A stretch of DNA of 64,000 nt. Source: Raillietiella orientalis. Lineage: Eukaryota. Under the pieces are notes generated by a model. That model was not told the origin of the DNA. It searched no databases and was given only the letters and a program-made list of their open reading frames with translations. Position 1 is the stretch's first letter, and the number at the start of each line of letters is the position of its first letter. Positions 11,450 through 24,320 of this stretch are shown piece after piece. A program made the translations under genes and the position numbers. The stretch is from positions 2,418,001 through 2,482,000 of the forward strand of contig JAYWIR010000014.1 of the NCBI GenBank assembly GCA_036172245.1, given 5' to 3'.

Positions 11450-12900
11450 CGGACATGACAATGTATGTACTTTTAGGCATACGATCAGTTCTCACCCTAG
11501 TGAGGAGTTTTGGGAAAGCAGCTTAGAAATGTTTGTGTCTTCCATGCTAAAAGACTTCCAGAATCCCAATTTACGAGAAATTTGGCTCAATCCCAGCCTC
11601 AGAGGTGAATCAAGACCATGGACCGCTGATTCGAGGACACGCCGGCTTCCATCTTGCTTGTTTCTTTCTTCCGCTGCCATTTTGACCTCAATCGCATCGC
11701 GCCGGACCGCGCGCATAGGCGAAGAGTGCCTCACTCAGTGATCTGTTTAGCGGGACAACATCTCGTCCTATAGGCCGCAGTAAGGACATGAGCTTCCTTC
11801 CTTCGGGCAGCTCCTCTTACGGGAAGCAGGTTTCAGTCTCGTGGCGTGGGATGAGCAAATCTCAAATGCTTCCCATTTACGAGGGAACAGCTCGAAGCGC
11901 GATGCAGTCCGACACAGCGCTTGGCTTTCCCTCGGTCGAGACGCTTCTTTACCAGGGATTGCCGTTGCCGTGCTTTCTCGCGTCGCGCAGCTCTTGCCGC
12001 GAAGGAGGAATGTTCTTCTCGTGCTGGTATCAGGAATCATCTCACCGATTGGAAATGTCGATTCTTCTCCTTGAAACTTCCAAACTCTCTCCTGACCCTG
12101 GAGAAGCTCGTCTTCCGATGGCCCGCGAGCTTCGGACATCCCCGCTTATCCTAGAAAACTTCCCAGGTGTGTCTCCCGACATAAATCAGCCAAGATCATC
12201 CTCCTTGGGTGTCGAAAGAATTTTCTGCGACACAACAACACGGCGAGTTTCTTGGGCTCATGTTTTGACGCCATCATCCAGTGAGGATGGTAACTTGGAG
12301 CAGCTGTCCTTGATGAAGGTAACAGCCTCATCTGACAGCTTCATGAGACCAAGACAACCCTTTCCCCTCTCCTCAGAGGCATCCATTGGCTGCCCTGGAC
12401 GGGAGGTGCAGCAGCGTCTCGATCATCCGTGTTGTTGCCTTGTCGAGATATTTCCGGTCCTTTTTCTTCTGCGTTCTTCTCCGGTGGTGTGAGAGACTGG
12501 GGGAAAGGAAGATTTCCATGGCATCAGTTGTTTTGCCAAGCTGGAAGAGCCATCCAGTCTAGGATGCACTCGTCTTTGGAAAGAATTTCTTCTCCGGAAG
12601 GAGTCTCGAACATTTCAATCCCAAAAGTCCTTCCTGGATGCTTGTGGGTTCCTAATGTATTTGTGTTGAGAATTGAGCCATTGCTGGCGGTCAGTCCAGC
12701 GGTCTCGAACCTCGAGTGGCCTCTCCACAATCGAAAAGACGCGCATCGCGGAGGATCGATGGCTTCACCAGCCCTATCGACAGCATCACTTTTTCACATG
12801 TCAGATTTCCTTTTTTGTTTTTCACTTTTTTGCCCTCCTTCTCCCTAAATATTTTAAGCTGTCAGCAGTTTTTTTTTATTTTTTTTATAATTCTCCATAC
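11450..12900 (-). mobile_element. L1/Tx1-type ORF2 C-terminal remnant
   Basis: DSLKYLG (~12845-12865), LWRGHSRF, and CPYCG (~11775-11790) followed by a frameshifted HLF-like segment. Confidence 0.55.
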
Positions 12901-13271
12901 TGTGCATCCCGTCTTCCCATCATTTCCAGCACTGGACAAACGAAGTATTTCCTCAGAGGTTTCCACAGAAGCCAATGACGAAATTTACTCATGAGACCTC
13001 GACCTTTTCGAACCGATTCCTTACCCCCTTCTACTTTTGGCGAAGGTTTCCTGGAGCTCTTCCCATGCTCGTGTGCAACAAAACCTTTCCCTTCATCCCC
13101 CTCTACCGAAAAGAGTCTTTCTACCTCTTACCCCCTTTTCCTGAGTGTGCAAAAGAGCCTTCGTGCTTGAACCACAACAGTGCTGATCTTGAACCATCGC
13201 AGACGCTTTCAATGGCGGGAGACTGACCCGGCGAGCTGGTTCTCTCAGTCTCCAGTAAGTGTTAGTCTTCC

Positions 13272-15151
13272 ATGGAGGTCCGCCAGGGCGACGCCCTCAG
13301 CCCGATGCTATTCGTGTTGAGACATGGAGACGGTGTCGCCGCTCGTCGAACGGAGCGGCTGCCTCCAAGGAATCTGCATCGACGGCCAAAGACTGACTCA
13401 CCTGGCGTACGTGGACGATCTCCTGTTCTTCCTGAAGGACGAGAGGGTTCAGCGTGCGTTATTCGGTGTAGTCGAGTCCAAGAAGAGAGGATTAGGTCTG
13501 AAAATCAACCCCCAGAAAAGCCACCTGTTGCTCATAGGAATCCTGGACGTTTACGCTCTGACGGAGGCGGGATTCCGAGTGGTGGAAGATCTGAAGTACC
13601 TGGGTATCCAGCTTGGCGACGCCTCCGCACTGCAAAAGCTGGGAAGAAAATTCTGGGGGAAATCGAAGAAGAGGACGCCAAGTACACCCGGATCGACTTT
13701 AACTTGAAGTAGAGAGTCACCTTGTAGAATGGGGTTCTACTTCCGAATTGCTCTACCGAGTCACCTTCTGCAGAATGGATAAGAAAATCCGGGAAGAAAT
13801 CGAAAACCTACAAAGGAAGATCTTGTGGAGAGAATACAGCATGAGGGTCAGGCTCAAACTCCTGTGCCGCCCTCGAGAGGAAGGTGGGACCAGAATGAAG
13901 CCGTTAGAACACTCCGTGGAATCCATGGACGTGCGGCCACTTCTGCAACTCATCTCGAAATAGGGTGAGTGCACAGAGACTTTCGCAGCGCACAGAGACC
14001 ACTCGAAGTTGCTGGGCAACTCGAGAGGCCTGATGTCTGCCTTGATAGGCGCCACTGAAGAGTGGGTGAGCGTCGACCCCACTTGGAAAAGAAAACAGGC
14101 ACTGAAGAGGCTACATCAATTCAAGATCGTGCCTAGGAGCAAGGAGGTCTGGGATGAAGAACTAACCCTGGTGATACCCTAGTTTGTCCCCGTTCCCAGG
14201 AAGACTTTCATCTGGGTATACCAAAGACGAAGATTGAGAGTGCAGCATTGCGAACATTTTGCCACCAGTGGGAAACGCCACCAAGCGCTACTGTTTCGCC
14301 TTAGCCTGCAGATGAAAGAAAGTTTCAGCCACGGAACACTAGTGCTTTGAAAACAGCTGCCACATCAGGCGTGGCTGCTGATGAACCGAGCCAACATCAA
14401 GGAAGAAACTCTAAAGAAACATCAAGACGACGACGCCTTCGATGCAACCTCGAGCAGCTATCGACTTGCACGCGCAAACGTGCAAGCGGTCGGGGCCTGC
14501 ACTCTGGAGGAGTGATGTTCCTCTGGACATCCAGGACTTCCTGTTGTTCTATGACAAAGGAATCCTGAGTGGTTCCAGACTGCGACACTGGGCCGGGAAC
14601 ATTCAGGATGACTCTGCAAGCGTGTGGAGCGGAAGAAACGCAACTTCACATGTTCACCTGTCCCATGCTGCGTCCTGATTGGCGGGCGGTGAAGGCGGTA
14701 ACCGGTCTGCAGAGAAGAAAGAAGACGGAAATCGTGGTGGGCTTGTTTCAGGGGAACGGAACGTTCCCCCTGTATAACCCGATGGATCGAACCACGCTTG
14801 CTCTCTTTATCACAGAAGGGCAAAGATACATATACCTTAAAGAGGAGCATCGTCATTGGACATTCTGAAAGGACTGGTGATGAAAGAGATAGGGATCAAG
14901 AACTGCGGAAAAGTCATTGCCTGGATGTACCACTACATACTCAGGTAGATTGACGACTACACCCAGACAAAAGGAACGATCCTCCTCCCACCCTGAACTC
15001 AAACTTCAAAAGGTGCCAAAGTAAGGAAGTGAAAGTGAAGTGAAATGAACAGTGGAAAACAAAACCAGTGCAGTGGCTAGTGGTGAAAACAAGGAGAGGA
15101 CAGAGAAGATTGATAGTTGCTTGTTGAAAGTTCGAAGTTTGTTTTAATAAA
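13272..15151 (+). mobile_element. L1/Tx1-type retrotransposon, RT to 3' end (best-preserved RT in window; frameshifted)
   Basis: EVRQGDALSPMLFVL, a frameshift, then THLAYVDDLLFFL, GLKINPQKS, LKYLGIQL, RKILW..VRLKLLCRPREEGG and QACGAEETQLHMFTC. AATAAA lies at 15146-15151. Confidence 0.92.
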
Positions 15152-15379
15152 TTCACTCCACCGCTTGTCGTACTTGAGGGCAATGGAGGTACGTCGGACT
15201 GGGATGTGAGCCATCCGCCTACTGGATTCTTGAGCTGCCGCAGAGGGATCGCATTCGTATCGACGGACTTCTTCAAGGGAGGAGGAGTCCCTTGAAGACC
15301 AGCTCCCGCGGCTGACCAGACGTTGCCGCTCGGGGCTAGGAACGCATCCTTTGGCATGAGCCAGTGGCGCACGCAGGCC

Positions 15380-15700
15380 GACCACCTCGGCCTCCTTCCC
15401 TACAAGTGGACCCTGAACTTTCCCGCAGGCTTTCCTAGAAACCCGTGGGAGGCACGGCGTGTGGAGCTGATCTCGACCTACTGGGCACCTCGTCGCAGTA
15501 GTCGACGTGTGCGGGTCGCCGCTAGACGGCGCGAATGGCGCATTTATGGTGAGGGATGGGAATCTGCAGGAGCGATCTGTTGCCTCAGGCAAGTGCGTAG
15601 ACTCCAGCAGCCACGACATTCCACCGGCAGAGACAGACTCCTTCCTAAATCCAGAAATGCCACCGCAAGCATCCCCACAGCCTTTTCTCCCCCTCCCCCC
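15380..15700 (+). pseudogene. Short L1-type post-RT fragment
   Basis: HLGLLP...RRVELISTYWAP resembles GLGLL...KLALVARYWTAP of the element at 1-2051. Confidence 0.35.
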
Positions 15701-15799
15701 CTGATACGTCTCTGAGGCCTCTCCTCAAGGGAGGGAACCCTGCGCATCGAGGAGAATGGTTCTTCCCCCTCTTTGTAAGGAAGAGACCTCATGGGAAAG

Positions 15800-18560
15800 A
15801 CCGAAACCACGCGATTTCCCTCTTACCTACAGTAACCCCGGCTTTACTCTGTGTCGGCGCCGGTACTCCAGGATATGAAGAACAACGCAAGGGTTTTGCA
15901 GCATGTGGGAATTCCGGAACGTGTGAAAACCAGCTCTGTTTGTCTGAGTGGAAGGAGGGATCCTGTAAAATGAAAGGGACAGGGTCCCTGCGCTCTTCGA
16001 CATCCCCTCATCTCCAGCACGGCTTCGTTTCCAAGCATCCTCCGTCCGCATCCATTATCTCTCCTTGGACGTAGTTGTTCCCGGAGATTCCTCCACCGCC
16101 TATGGGCAGCCATAATATACCACAGCCATACTGTACGGGATCTTCAACCCTCGTGTCACCTCTCCATTTGGTAGGGTCATAAAACCTTAGGAGTAAACTG
16201 TGAGGAACATGAAGTCCACCTGAACATCCTCAGCTGACAAGGAAGCAGTGAGGTCTTTGTATTTTGCTCTTCCTTCCTTCTGGAGCACTCCCGACTGCTT
16301 CGGAAATGCTCTCGAAGGTAAGGCAAAGTCAGGGATTGACCGCTATTCCCCCCATTCATGCCTCCTTCGCGCAGATTCCGAATGGAGTGCGAGTGCACTT
16401 CAAAGATGAGTTGATTCCTCCTCTTGTCTCCCCTCAGCTGCCGGCTCCGGCCGATGGACCACGAGCCACCGCCGAATGCACCGAATGCTGCAGGCAGGCA
16501 ATGCCGAACAGGCAGCACGGGGATGAATGGCTGCATAGGAGGACGTGCGACCGGTCAGTACGTTTCCTCCACGATGGGGAGGGTGGCAAGATGGCCTCCC
16601 GATCGGAAACCAAACAGGCGAACTGTAAAGAAGACGAAGGACAGTCTCCCGGCGTCCTCTCCTTCCTCCCCTTTCCTGGAAAGCCATGCAATTAGGCCCG
16701 TGTCTTCCTTTTTCTGTTGTTGTTGTTGACATCCCTTTCATTCCTGACATAGATGTTCCCTTTTTGTGTGTGTTTTGCACGAGGCTGGTCCACGAGTAGA
16801 CGAGATCCTTAGCTGCGCTCTTGTAATTTGCACGATAGTTTATGTTTGAAGGAAATTTTCGATGCAACCGGGATAAAAACGGAGGCGAAGCCACGAACGG
16901 ATGCCACGAAAGGACACGCGTCGGCAGGCGGGGTTCGTGCTGCATGGACTCCTCCTGTCTCTTCTCCCCACTTCCGGGTCCAGACACGTGCTCAGAGTCC
17001 GCTCCTAGCTCGCAAGAGCCCGTCGTCAAGGTCGCCGGTCAGACCTATCCCCCCCGAGTGGCGTCTTCGGGAGCGCCTACCTCAGATGCGTTGGGTGGCC
17101 ACTTGCCAAGGTCCCACGCTCTCCCCTCTCCCCTCCATGATTCCTCAATACTTCCGTGCCTGCGACGCCTTGCTCCGTGCTCGCTGCTTAGCAGCGCTGC
17201 CGAGGCCTATTCCCGAGATCGGGGCCTGAAGACTCCCTCTTGTCCCGCCTTCTTGAAAGCATATGCCTCCTGAGGGTATAACTTCGCGCACTCTTCGCGG
17301 ACGGCGTCACGTTCGCTCGCGCCGGGCTCGCCGCCCAGGAAGCCAGGGTCTCCTTGCCTACGGTCCCCCCTCCCCACCGCGTGCTCCCTTCGGGAAGCGC
17401 GGCGACGGGCTCGCGGGCGTTTCCCTGAACACCACTCCATACTTCGGGACTTGCGGACTCCCGGAAAATCTCAGGTAGGGTCCTTCCTCTCGATGGCCCG
17501 CTTTGCGGAAGTGGCAGGGAAGCTGCCGCCTGGAGCCCCCCACCCCATGAAGAGAAGCGGCGCCTTCTCCTGGCTCGCGTTCGCTCCCGCCGCGAAGAGG
17601 AGGGAGGGAGAGTGTCTCGGGGCTGCTTGCCGCGCCTCTGACGCGCCGCTTCTTTTCGTTCTCGATGCCTCCATTGAGGGAAGCCCCGATTCTCTTTGCT
17701 TCGGTGTTTTGGTGCTCCTGTAGGCAGTCCTTGTTGCCGCCTGCAGAAGCTGCTTGTCGTCGGCCAACTCGGTCCGGCATTCCAGAGCTGACTTATCGCC
17801 GCCTTCCCCTGCCCTTTCTGGCACCCGCCTAGAACGTGCAGCCCACTTTTCAGAGCCAGCAGGGCCTTCCTTGTCTATACGTTCCGGAACCAGTGTTCCC
17901 GCAGGTAGGTAGAGCCCTGAGCGCTCCAGAAGCGATTTTGCCGGCCCCAGAAGGAGATACCCGATTCCCCTTCCGGCCCCCTGCCACGCCTCTTGAAGGT
18001 TCTTTTGAGCCAGGTGCCGGAGGCGAACCCAGGGATCGAGGAAACATCGTGGAGTTTGCAGCCTCCTCGTTGCAGAAGAGAAGGAGCGGCCTGAATCGCC
18101 TCTCTCCTGAGAGGGACAGAGGATGGGGAGGCATCCACCCTGGAGGAGACTTTGTGAACGAAGGATCTGAGGAATTGACCCGTCCACAGATCCAGGTAGA
18201 GGCTGAGCGCGACCGAACCTCCTGCCGTCGTGGAGGCGCGGATTGCACGGCTCCCGGAGGTTGAGAGGGCTCAGAGGCGAAACTTTTTCACTTCGTGATG
18301 GCGACAGTCTCCCTGGTACGGCCCTCCGGCTTCACGGATGCGAAACCCAGCACCACCCCCAGGTGGTTTTCACGGTTCGGTGAACACGAAGAAAAACGAT
18401 TGAGGTCTTCAGGATGATGCAAGAAATGAGTCGTTCTTCTATACCAGAAACTGCCTCGAGCGCTCCAGCAAACTGGCTCGGATACGAAGGTGCCTGAGGC
18501 ACACTGCTCGAGGTACTGAAGCTCACGGGATGCTGTGAAGTGCTAGTCGAGTCGAAGCGG
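15800..18560 (-). mobile_element. Deleted L1/Tx1-type element (ORF1-like region plus ORF2 fragments)
   Basis: SNINY...LVQNTH (APE start, LQETH-like, ~16765-16850). TELVF..KTLALFF (~15880-15940) resembles TEIVV..TTLALF of the 13.3-kb element. A low-complexity ORF1-like region lies upstream. Confidence 0.4.
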
Positions 18561-19534
18561 GAACGTCTTCTAACCAATCCGGTGCAGGATTATTCCTGGG
18601 CCAACTGATGATGGCCAGTTCGCCGCTGACGTTTTGGTACCCACCGTGTCTGCTGCACGTGGAATCCCGTCTCCCGGGAATCCCTGCTCCCGTTGGAATG
18701 TAAAGCGGATTTACTTGCTCTCATCCCGCCGCTGCCCAAGACGACTCCCGTCAGGGTAGTAGTGGTGGGTATGTTCCGACCTCCCGGCTGCCGGCGTCCG
18801 ACTGGAGCTCCTGTCGCTTTGAGATGCTCTCAGAAGTTCTCTCCATCCCCCCCGCCCTCGACAGGGTTGCCCGAGTTTTTCTTACTCCACCGTTCGGACG
18901 CATCACCCTCGACCCATCCCCCTCCGTGGGTACGTGGCCGCCCTCCAGCCTCACGGCAGTGCCACTCTGGTCCTCTGGAAGGGCTCCCCCCCCATGAGAC
19001 CGCATTTTCCCCCGCCCGTCCGTGCTGCCGGACGCTCCCTGATTCGGAGTTCGCAGCCTTGACAACGAGTTTCTCCTGAGCTGGCTACCGGAAGGTGGAA
19101 AGGGAACGAGGACTGCAACAGGGTGCCTCGACCGACCTCGGCGTGACCCCGAGAGACACTCCCGCAGATCGGAGGTTGGGGGATCAGCTGCGCGGGGAGG
19201 GGGGCAGGGAGGTCCGCCGAAAGCGCTTGTCGGTCAGAGGCAGCTGACCAGACCGACGGGAAAGGTTCGTTTTCTTCCCGTCAGGATCGGCCTCTCCTAG
19301 GAGCGGGAAAGTTCGGGTCCTGGTGCCGTTTCCAGCCAAGCGCGAGACAGCAAGGACACGGCAAGAGCGGCAGGAGAAATGAGGCGGGAAGCAGGCGCCC
19401 TCCTCAAAGAAGAGGTGATAGAAGAGCATACTAGGGAGGGACAGGGAAAGATAGGGGGGGGGGTGAGGAAGAAGGTGGGCGTTCGTCGGAAGGAAGATGG
19501 TCCGAAGAAAGAGTTCGTCCGGAGGCCGCGTTGA

Positions 19535-19600
19535 CGGCCGTGTGGCTGCGGCCTCCGCGCGTGGCGGCACCAAGAGTCGCAGGTTCAAATCCCGCCCAGG
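19535..19600 (+). other. tRNA-like fragment (T-arm/B-box), possible SINE head or tRNA pseudogene
   Basis: GCAGG-TTCAAAT-CCCGC (19579-19595) forms a near T-arm with B-box GGTTCAAATCC. No full cloverleaf is visible. Confidence 0.3.
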
Positions 19601-20879
19601 AAAGGACCAACACTGAGATCCGGGGATGCGATCGGGGAGGGGGTTCCGAGTCCACCCCCGCAGGATGACGCTGGTTGGCCCCTCGGTTGTCTTCGGGTGC
19701 GGCTACTGGTAGCAGCCTGAGGCACTGGCTAGGATTGGAAGTGGACTCTCTGTGGTCCTTCCGGGAAGCAAGGGAATCCCCTTCGGTTGTGCAAATGGAT
19801 CCGTCCTCCCCCTCGAGGGGGAGAATATGGGGCTGACTGATATCCCTCCCGGGGGTTGCCTTCCAGAGTGTTAAGAAACGCGCTGCTCCCTTCGGGGAGC
19901 GCCCTTCCAGAGAAATTGGGAAGCGCTGCTTCGAGAGGAGTAAAGAAGGAAGCGACCCCCTCCGGAGTCCCTTCGGAGGGAATAAGGGAGAGATTCCCTT
20001 CGAAATTTCTCTCCCAATCGTGAGAAAGGAATGCACTCCTTCCTCCGGAGCCCTTCGTGGATCCATTGGGTGTTCCTCTCCCGGGATACCTTCTATATCT
20101 TGTAGAAGAGCTACACGCATCCCCAGGTGGCGTGGGCAGCGTCGAAAAGCTTCTTGGACGCCCCTGAAGAGCTTCATCACTTGGCGAACCCTGCGCCTCC
20201 ATGGCAACGTTCCTTCCCTACCCCTGTGGAAGTTGCAGCATCGCACAGCAGGCCGAGGGTGTCACCCGGCTCCGGTGGGCGAACTCGGTAGTCACGACTG
20301 CGCACGCCACTGTGAACCCTGGGCGAGGGGGAGGGGAGAGGGCGCTGCGAGTTCCCGGCGAGGCCCGCCTGCACCAAGGAAGGGCTGCGAACGCGCTGGG
20401 ACCCCGCGCGTGCCGCTGGGCGGACCGCCAGGGAAGGGTTGGTCTCCGGCCCCGAGCCCCGACAAGGGAGTCCCTCGAAGATCAGCGACCGCGCGGAGCC
20501 ACGCGCGCATTGCGGAAGTCTCCTGTGCGAAGACCGCGATGTCCCCGAGCTCGCCGGTCACCGCCGCAGCAGCCGGCAGCCGGGCCGCTGAGGAAGCGGC
20601 CCGGTTTCGACGCGGAGAGGCTGCGAACGAACGGTGCGCGAGGTCTTGCGGGAGCAGCAAGGAGGGAAAGGAGCGAGGAACGAATCCCCCTCCCCCGAAA
20701 AAATGCCCACACCCAGAAAAAAGGAAGGGTAGCTCCGCAGCTTCTCCGTGCGCCAGCTCAGAAGAGCTCGGTTCGCCAACTGCCGTCCAGGTCGCAGCAA
20801 GTCCTGAACTGCTCTTCGCCGCAGCAACGACGAGGAGGGAAAATCCAGGCCGTAACCCCAAAGCAAGGGTCCAGACAGG

Positions 20880-21450
20880 TGAGTAGCTGGAAGGCAGAAT
20901 CCATTCGCTGTCTCCATGCCAAGCGCCTGCCTCCCCTCCGGACGGCGTGAAACCAAGAGCCCAGCTAACGAGGCCATCAAGCAGCAGCCGGAAGCCCTTT
21001 GGCACGAGTCCCATTCTAAGGGTGCGGATAAGGGAGTGTGCTGGATGGCACCCGACCTCCGCGAGGGGACCAAGGCGGCATCCAGCACCTTGACAATCGA
21101 GTCCATAATTTCTTCTCCCTAGGCATCAGCGCGGGCAGCACCGAATGCAGTTGGGTTTCCAAGGCGAATGCGAATGCGCGATGAGCCCAGGAAAGGAACC
21201 GCAGCTTCAGAGATGCAAAGGAGAGATGCCGAGAGCGAGGAGCACGGGGGATCGAGCGGTCAGAGTCGAATGCAGCACACTTCAAGAGGATCGACTGCAT
21301 CGATTCATGCCCTCTGGCACGTTTCATTGGTTTGCACAAGGCGCGCCTGAAGTGTGCAGCTTGTGAACTTCACATCTTAGGTGAATTGTGGACCTTTTCT
21401 GATGGGCCTCTCCAATGTATGCACGGTTCCTGGTGTGAACACACCATGTA
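20880..21450 (+). pseudogene. rve-family integrase remnant of Polinton type
   Basis: PEALW..ADKG (second Asp region), then RAVRVECSTLQEDRLHRFMPSGTFHWF resembling A..ER..RTLK....R......T..W. Confidence 0.5.
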
Positions 21451-21508
21451 CGGTATGCACAATACCACAACGTACATGTGCATCCAACGCTGTATGCTAC
21501 GCCGGTGC

Positions 21509-21897
21509 TCGTAAAAAATAAACATATATGTTTATTATATATATTAGTATACATATTTACATATAGATTAATGTATATTATAAGGATTAGAAAAAATTAG
21601 TATATATGCTTATTATGAAGATATAGATGTTTATATTTATATCCGGGGATATCAATATTTAGATAATTATACAAATTTATTTGAACATGCATAGTTATTA
21701 ATATTTATTGGCATTCGTATTATTAACATTAATATTAATTTTACACATATTTATCAACGCACTTACCGATATAATTAATAATATGGCAATGTTCCTTCCC
21801 CACCCACTGAGTAATATATTATTAATGCATGCGGAGAATAAAAAATAAATATGTGATTATTACATATATATAATAAACACATACTTGTTTTTTATGA
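21509..21897. mobile_element. AT-rich element with ~50-bp imperfect terminal inverted repeats (MITE/foldback-like)
   Basis: Left TCGTAAAAAATAAACATATATGTTTATTATATATAT.. versus reverse complement of right TCATAAAAAACAAGTATGTGTTTATTATATATAT... There is an abrupt AT shift. No TSD was seen. Confidence 0.55.
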
Positions 21898-21900
21898 TCT

Positions 21901-21953
21901 TTCGGAATTTCGACACTCGGGATTCAGCTCGTTCGGTATTTTGAGCCCAACCC
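21901..21953 (-). repeat. Probable DNA-transposon terminus with short internal TTCGG(G/T)ATT-like repeats
   Basis: ttcggaattt / ctcgggattc / ttcggtattttgagcccaaccc resembles subterminal-repeat TIR ends. The partner end was not found. Confidence 0.3.
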
Positions 21954-22329
21954 ACGCTACGCACGCACTGAGCTTTCGAGATCGCCGCGTGCCGTTCATG
22001 TCCCGCGCACTGTTGCATTCGGCGTTTTTCTCATGACGTAATGGTGGTTGCTACAGCAATGGAGGACAACTTACGAATGCATTCCATCACATCACGTGTA
22101 AGTGAATGTACAGGGTGTTTTTTTTGTTTTTTTCATCAGGCAGCGATCCCTTCCTACATAACCTTCAGATCCCAGAGTGTTACATCCTGCATTTCTTGCC
22201 ACCCCCTTTCCCAGAGAGTAAGCAGTCCCCATCCGGGGGCTCCAGTCTCGTCGTCACTGATATTTCCTGAGATTTCCTGAGGTGGGCGTGGAGGGAGCTC
22301 ACTCAGCTCATGGGCAGTTGCACCGGAAA

Positions 22330-24320
22330 GGTCCCTGCTGAAACCCCATGCGGGATCACGTTTGTCTTTCTCCTTCCCGCCTTTGGATCAGGAGGGTGCT
22401 TCCTCACCGGCCACGGCCACATCTCTTCTGGCAATTCTCGCTCCAGGCGTTACGCCTCGCTGCAGGGATATCGCATTTGTCGATCTCTTGGGCCTTGCGC
22501 CGGTCAGCGTCCTTCCGGGATCGGCAGACCGTTTTTGTTGGCCTCCACACGAGAGGGCATGCATCTCCCGGCTCTCCGTGTCCGCATGGGCCATCGGGAG
22601 CGCTCGAGCTTGCGAGCTTTTCCGGTAACCTCAGGGGCGAAGTGATGCATCGGCGCGCTCAGGTTTTCCTTCCCTTGACGTCAGCAAACCAGCCGGGTCA
22701 TCTGACTCGTCAGAAAGCACCCACGCTCTCTCAGGGTGGCTCAGACCAGGAACCGCCTGAACTGCTCCGTAGGAGCCACGCCGCTGACCAGGTGTTCGTT
22801 CCTCCGAATCCTCCACCCTTCACTCCACTTACCATGTGGTGCATTCCACGTTGCTCCACGCACCCGCTTCACCTCAGAGAAATGGTGCGCCGGCCGTGAA
22901 TCCGTGTCCCATGCAAGGCGCCAGAAAACCTTATACTTTCCTGCTTGCAGTGCGGCATTGAGACGACCGAGGGACGCCACTTCTTCCCCTTGAGCTGCGT
23001 GGAGCATGAAAACGGGGCTTGTCCTTCCGCATGCTGTTCTCGTCTTCCGGAACGATCCTTCTTTTGTTACCCTCGACGGCGAAGCTCCTGTGTTCGCCTT
23101 CTCTCGGGAAAACTTGAAGAATTCCTGAGCTCGTGACGACCGGTCGCAACCCGGCTGAATGGAAACGGGAACTTCTCGAAAACAGCGAATCGCCGCTCGG
23201 TAACGGGTATGCTCTGAATGCCCGGAAGCAGCATTGCGCAGCAAAACACCCCTGGAAGTAAGCATAGCATCCGCTTTGGGGGAAACCAGGGAGACTTAGG
23301 TCAGGTGCGCGGACGCGAGGACCACTTGTCTTCTTCCTCACCTTCCTCGAGGAACTCGAAAGAAAAACCTCCCTCATTCCCACAACCACCAGGCATGCAG
23401 TGCTCTCCTACTCTTCGACCCGGTCAGCCTGGAGGATGCAGTCGCCATAGCTCAGATGCCGGTCATGGCCTTCGAAGCATTCGCCGTTTCGGGAGAGGCT
23501 CCAGAAAGAGGAAATCTTCGTTCTTCTCACAAGCACCTCCCCTATGGACAGAGAAGCGTCATTGCCCAAGGGCGTTAATTTGTCGGAGCTCCTGTCTCTT
23601 GCGTAAAGCTTCTTCTCTCTGTCTCTGTGTCCGGAGCGCGCTCCGCCTGAAGTGTGCTTGTTGAGTTGGGAGATGCACAGGAGGAAGGCACTGGTTCACC
23701 ATTCCCTTCTGCTGAAGACGATGGTGGGGCGAAAACAGATAGGGTCTTTTTCCCCTCGAGGGTCGTTCGAAGGCATACCAGTTCCCGCGTGCTGGCTAAC
23801 CTCATACAGACTCCTCCACACAGAATCGACTGCTCCAAGATTGAAACGGGAACGTCTCTTTTCGGATACAAGAGCAACACGAGGAGATGGAAAACCTCTC
23901 CCCGCCGGTGTAGGCGCATCAGGATGCAAGGAAGCATACCAGGCGATGTTTCGAGCAGAGGGAATACACAAACCAAGCGTTGGATCCATGTTATGTAATG
24001 TATCGTGCGTTGTAAAGTTGCAAGAATTTTATTGGCCTGAAGGGAAGAAAGCTGTAGAATCCCGGGCTGGCATGCATGCATGCCGCAATGTTTCCGTGTT
24101 TTTCCACGTTTCACTTGTACTTGTGTACATACAGTACGCATTCAGATAACTCCAACGCCCTGGTTTTTGTTCGCAGTTGGCAGCACTCTTCGCCTTCAGG
24201 GCGAGGCTACACCTCATCGTAGAGTGGCGAAGAATAACATTGCAAGACAACCAGCTGAAATGCTTCCTGTACTTTTGGAATAAAAGAGAAAACCCATGGC
24301 AAACGCGTATTTTCTGTAAA
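22330..24320 (-). pseudogene. Protein-primed PolB remnant, element A
   Basis: In order: RDSTAFFPS (~24040-24066), PGMLP, LYPKRDV (exo III-like), SGGAR..KLYARDRSS / PWAMTLLCP*G (motif A, ~23540-23645), VLLRNAASG (motif B), VASLGRL..WDTDS (DTDS at 22897-22908), HGKWSE, VKG and C-terminal NVIPHG. A Cys-rich segment up to ~25 kb may be the N-terminus. Confidence 0.8.
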
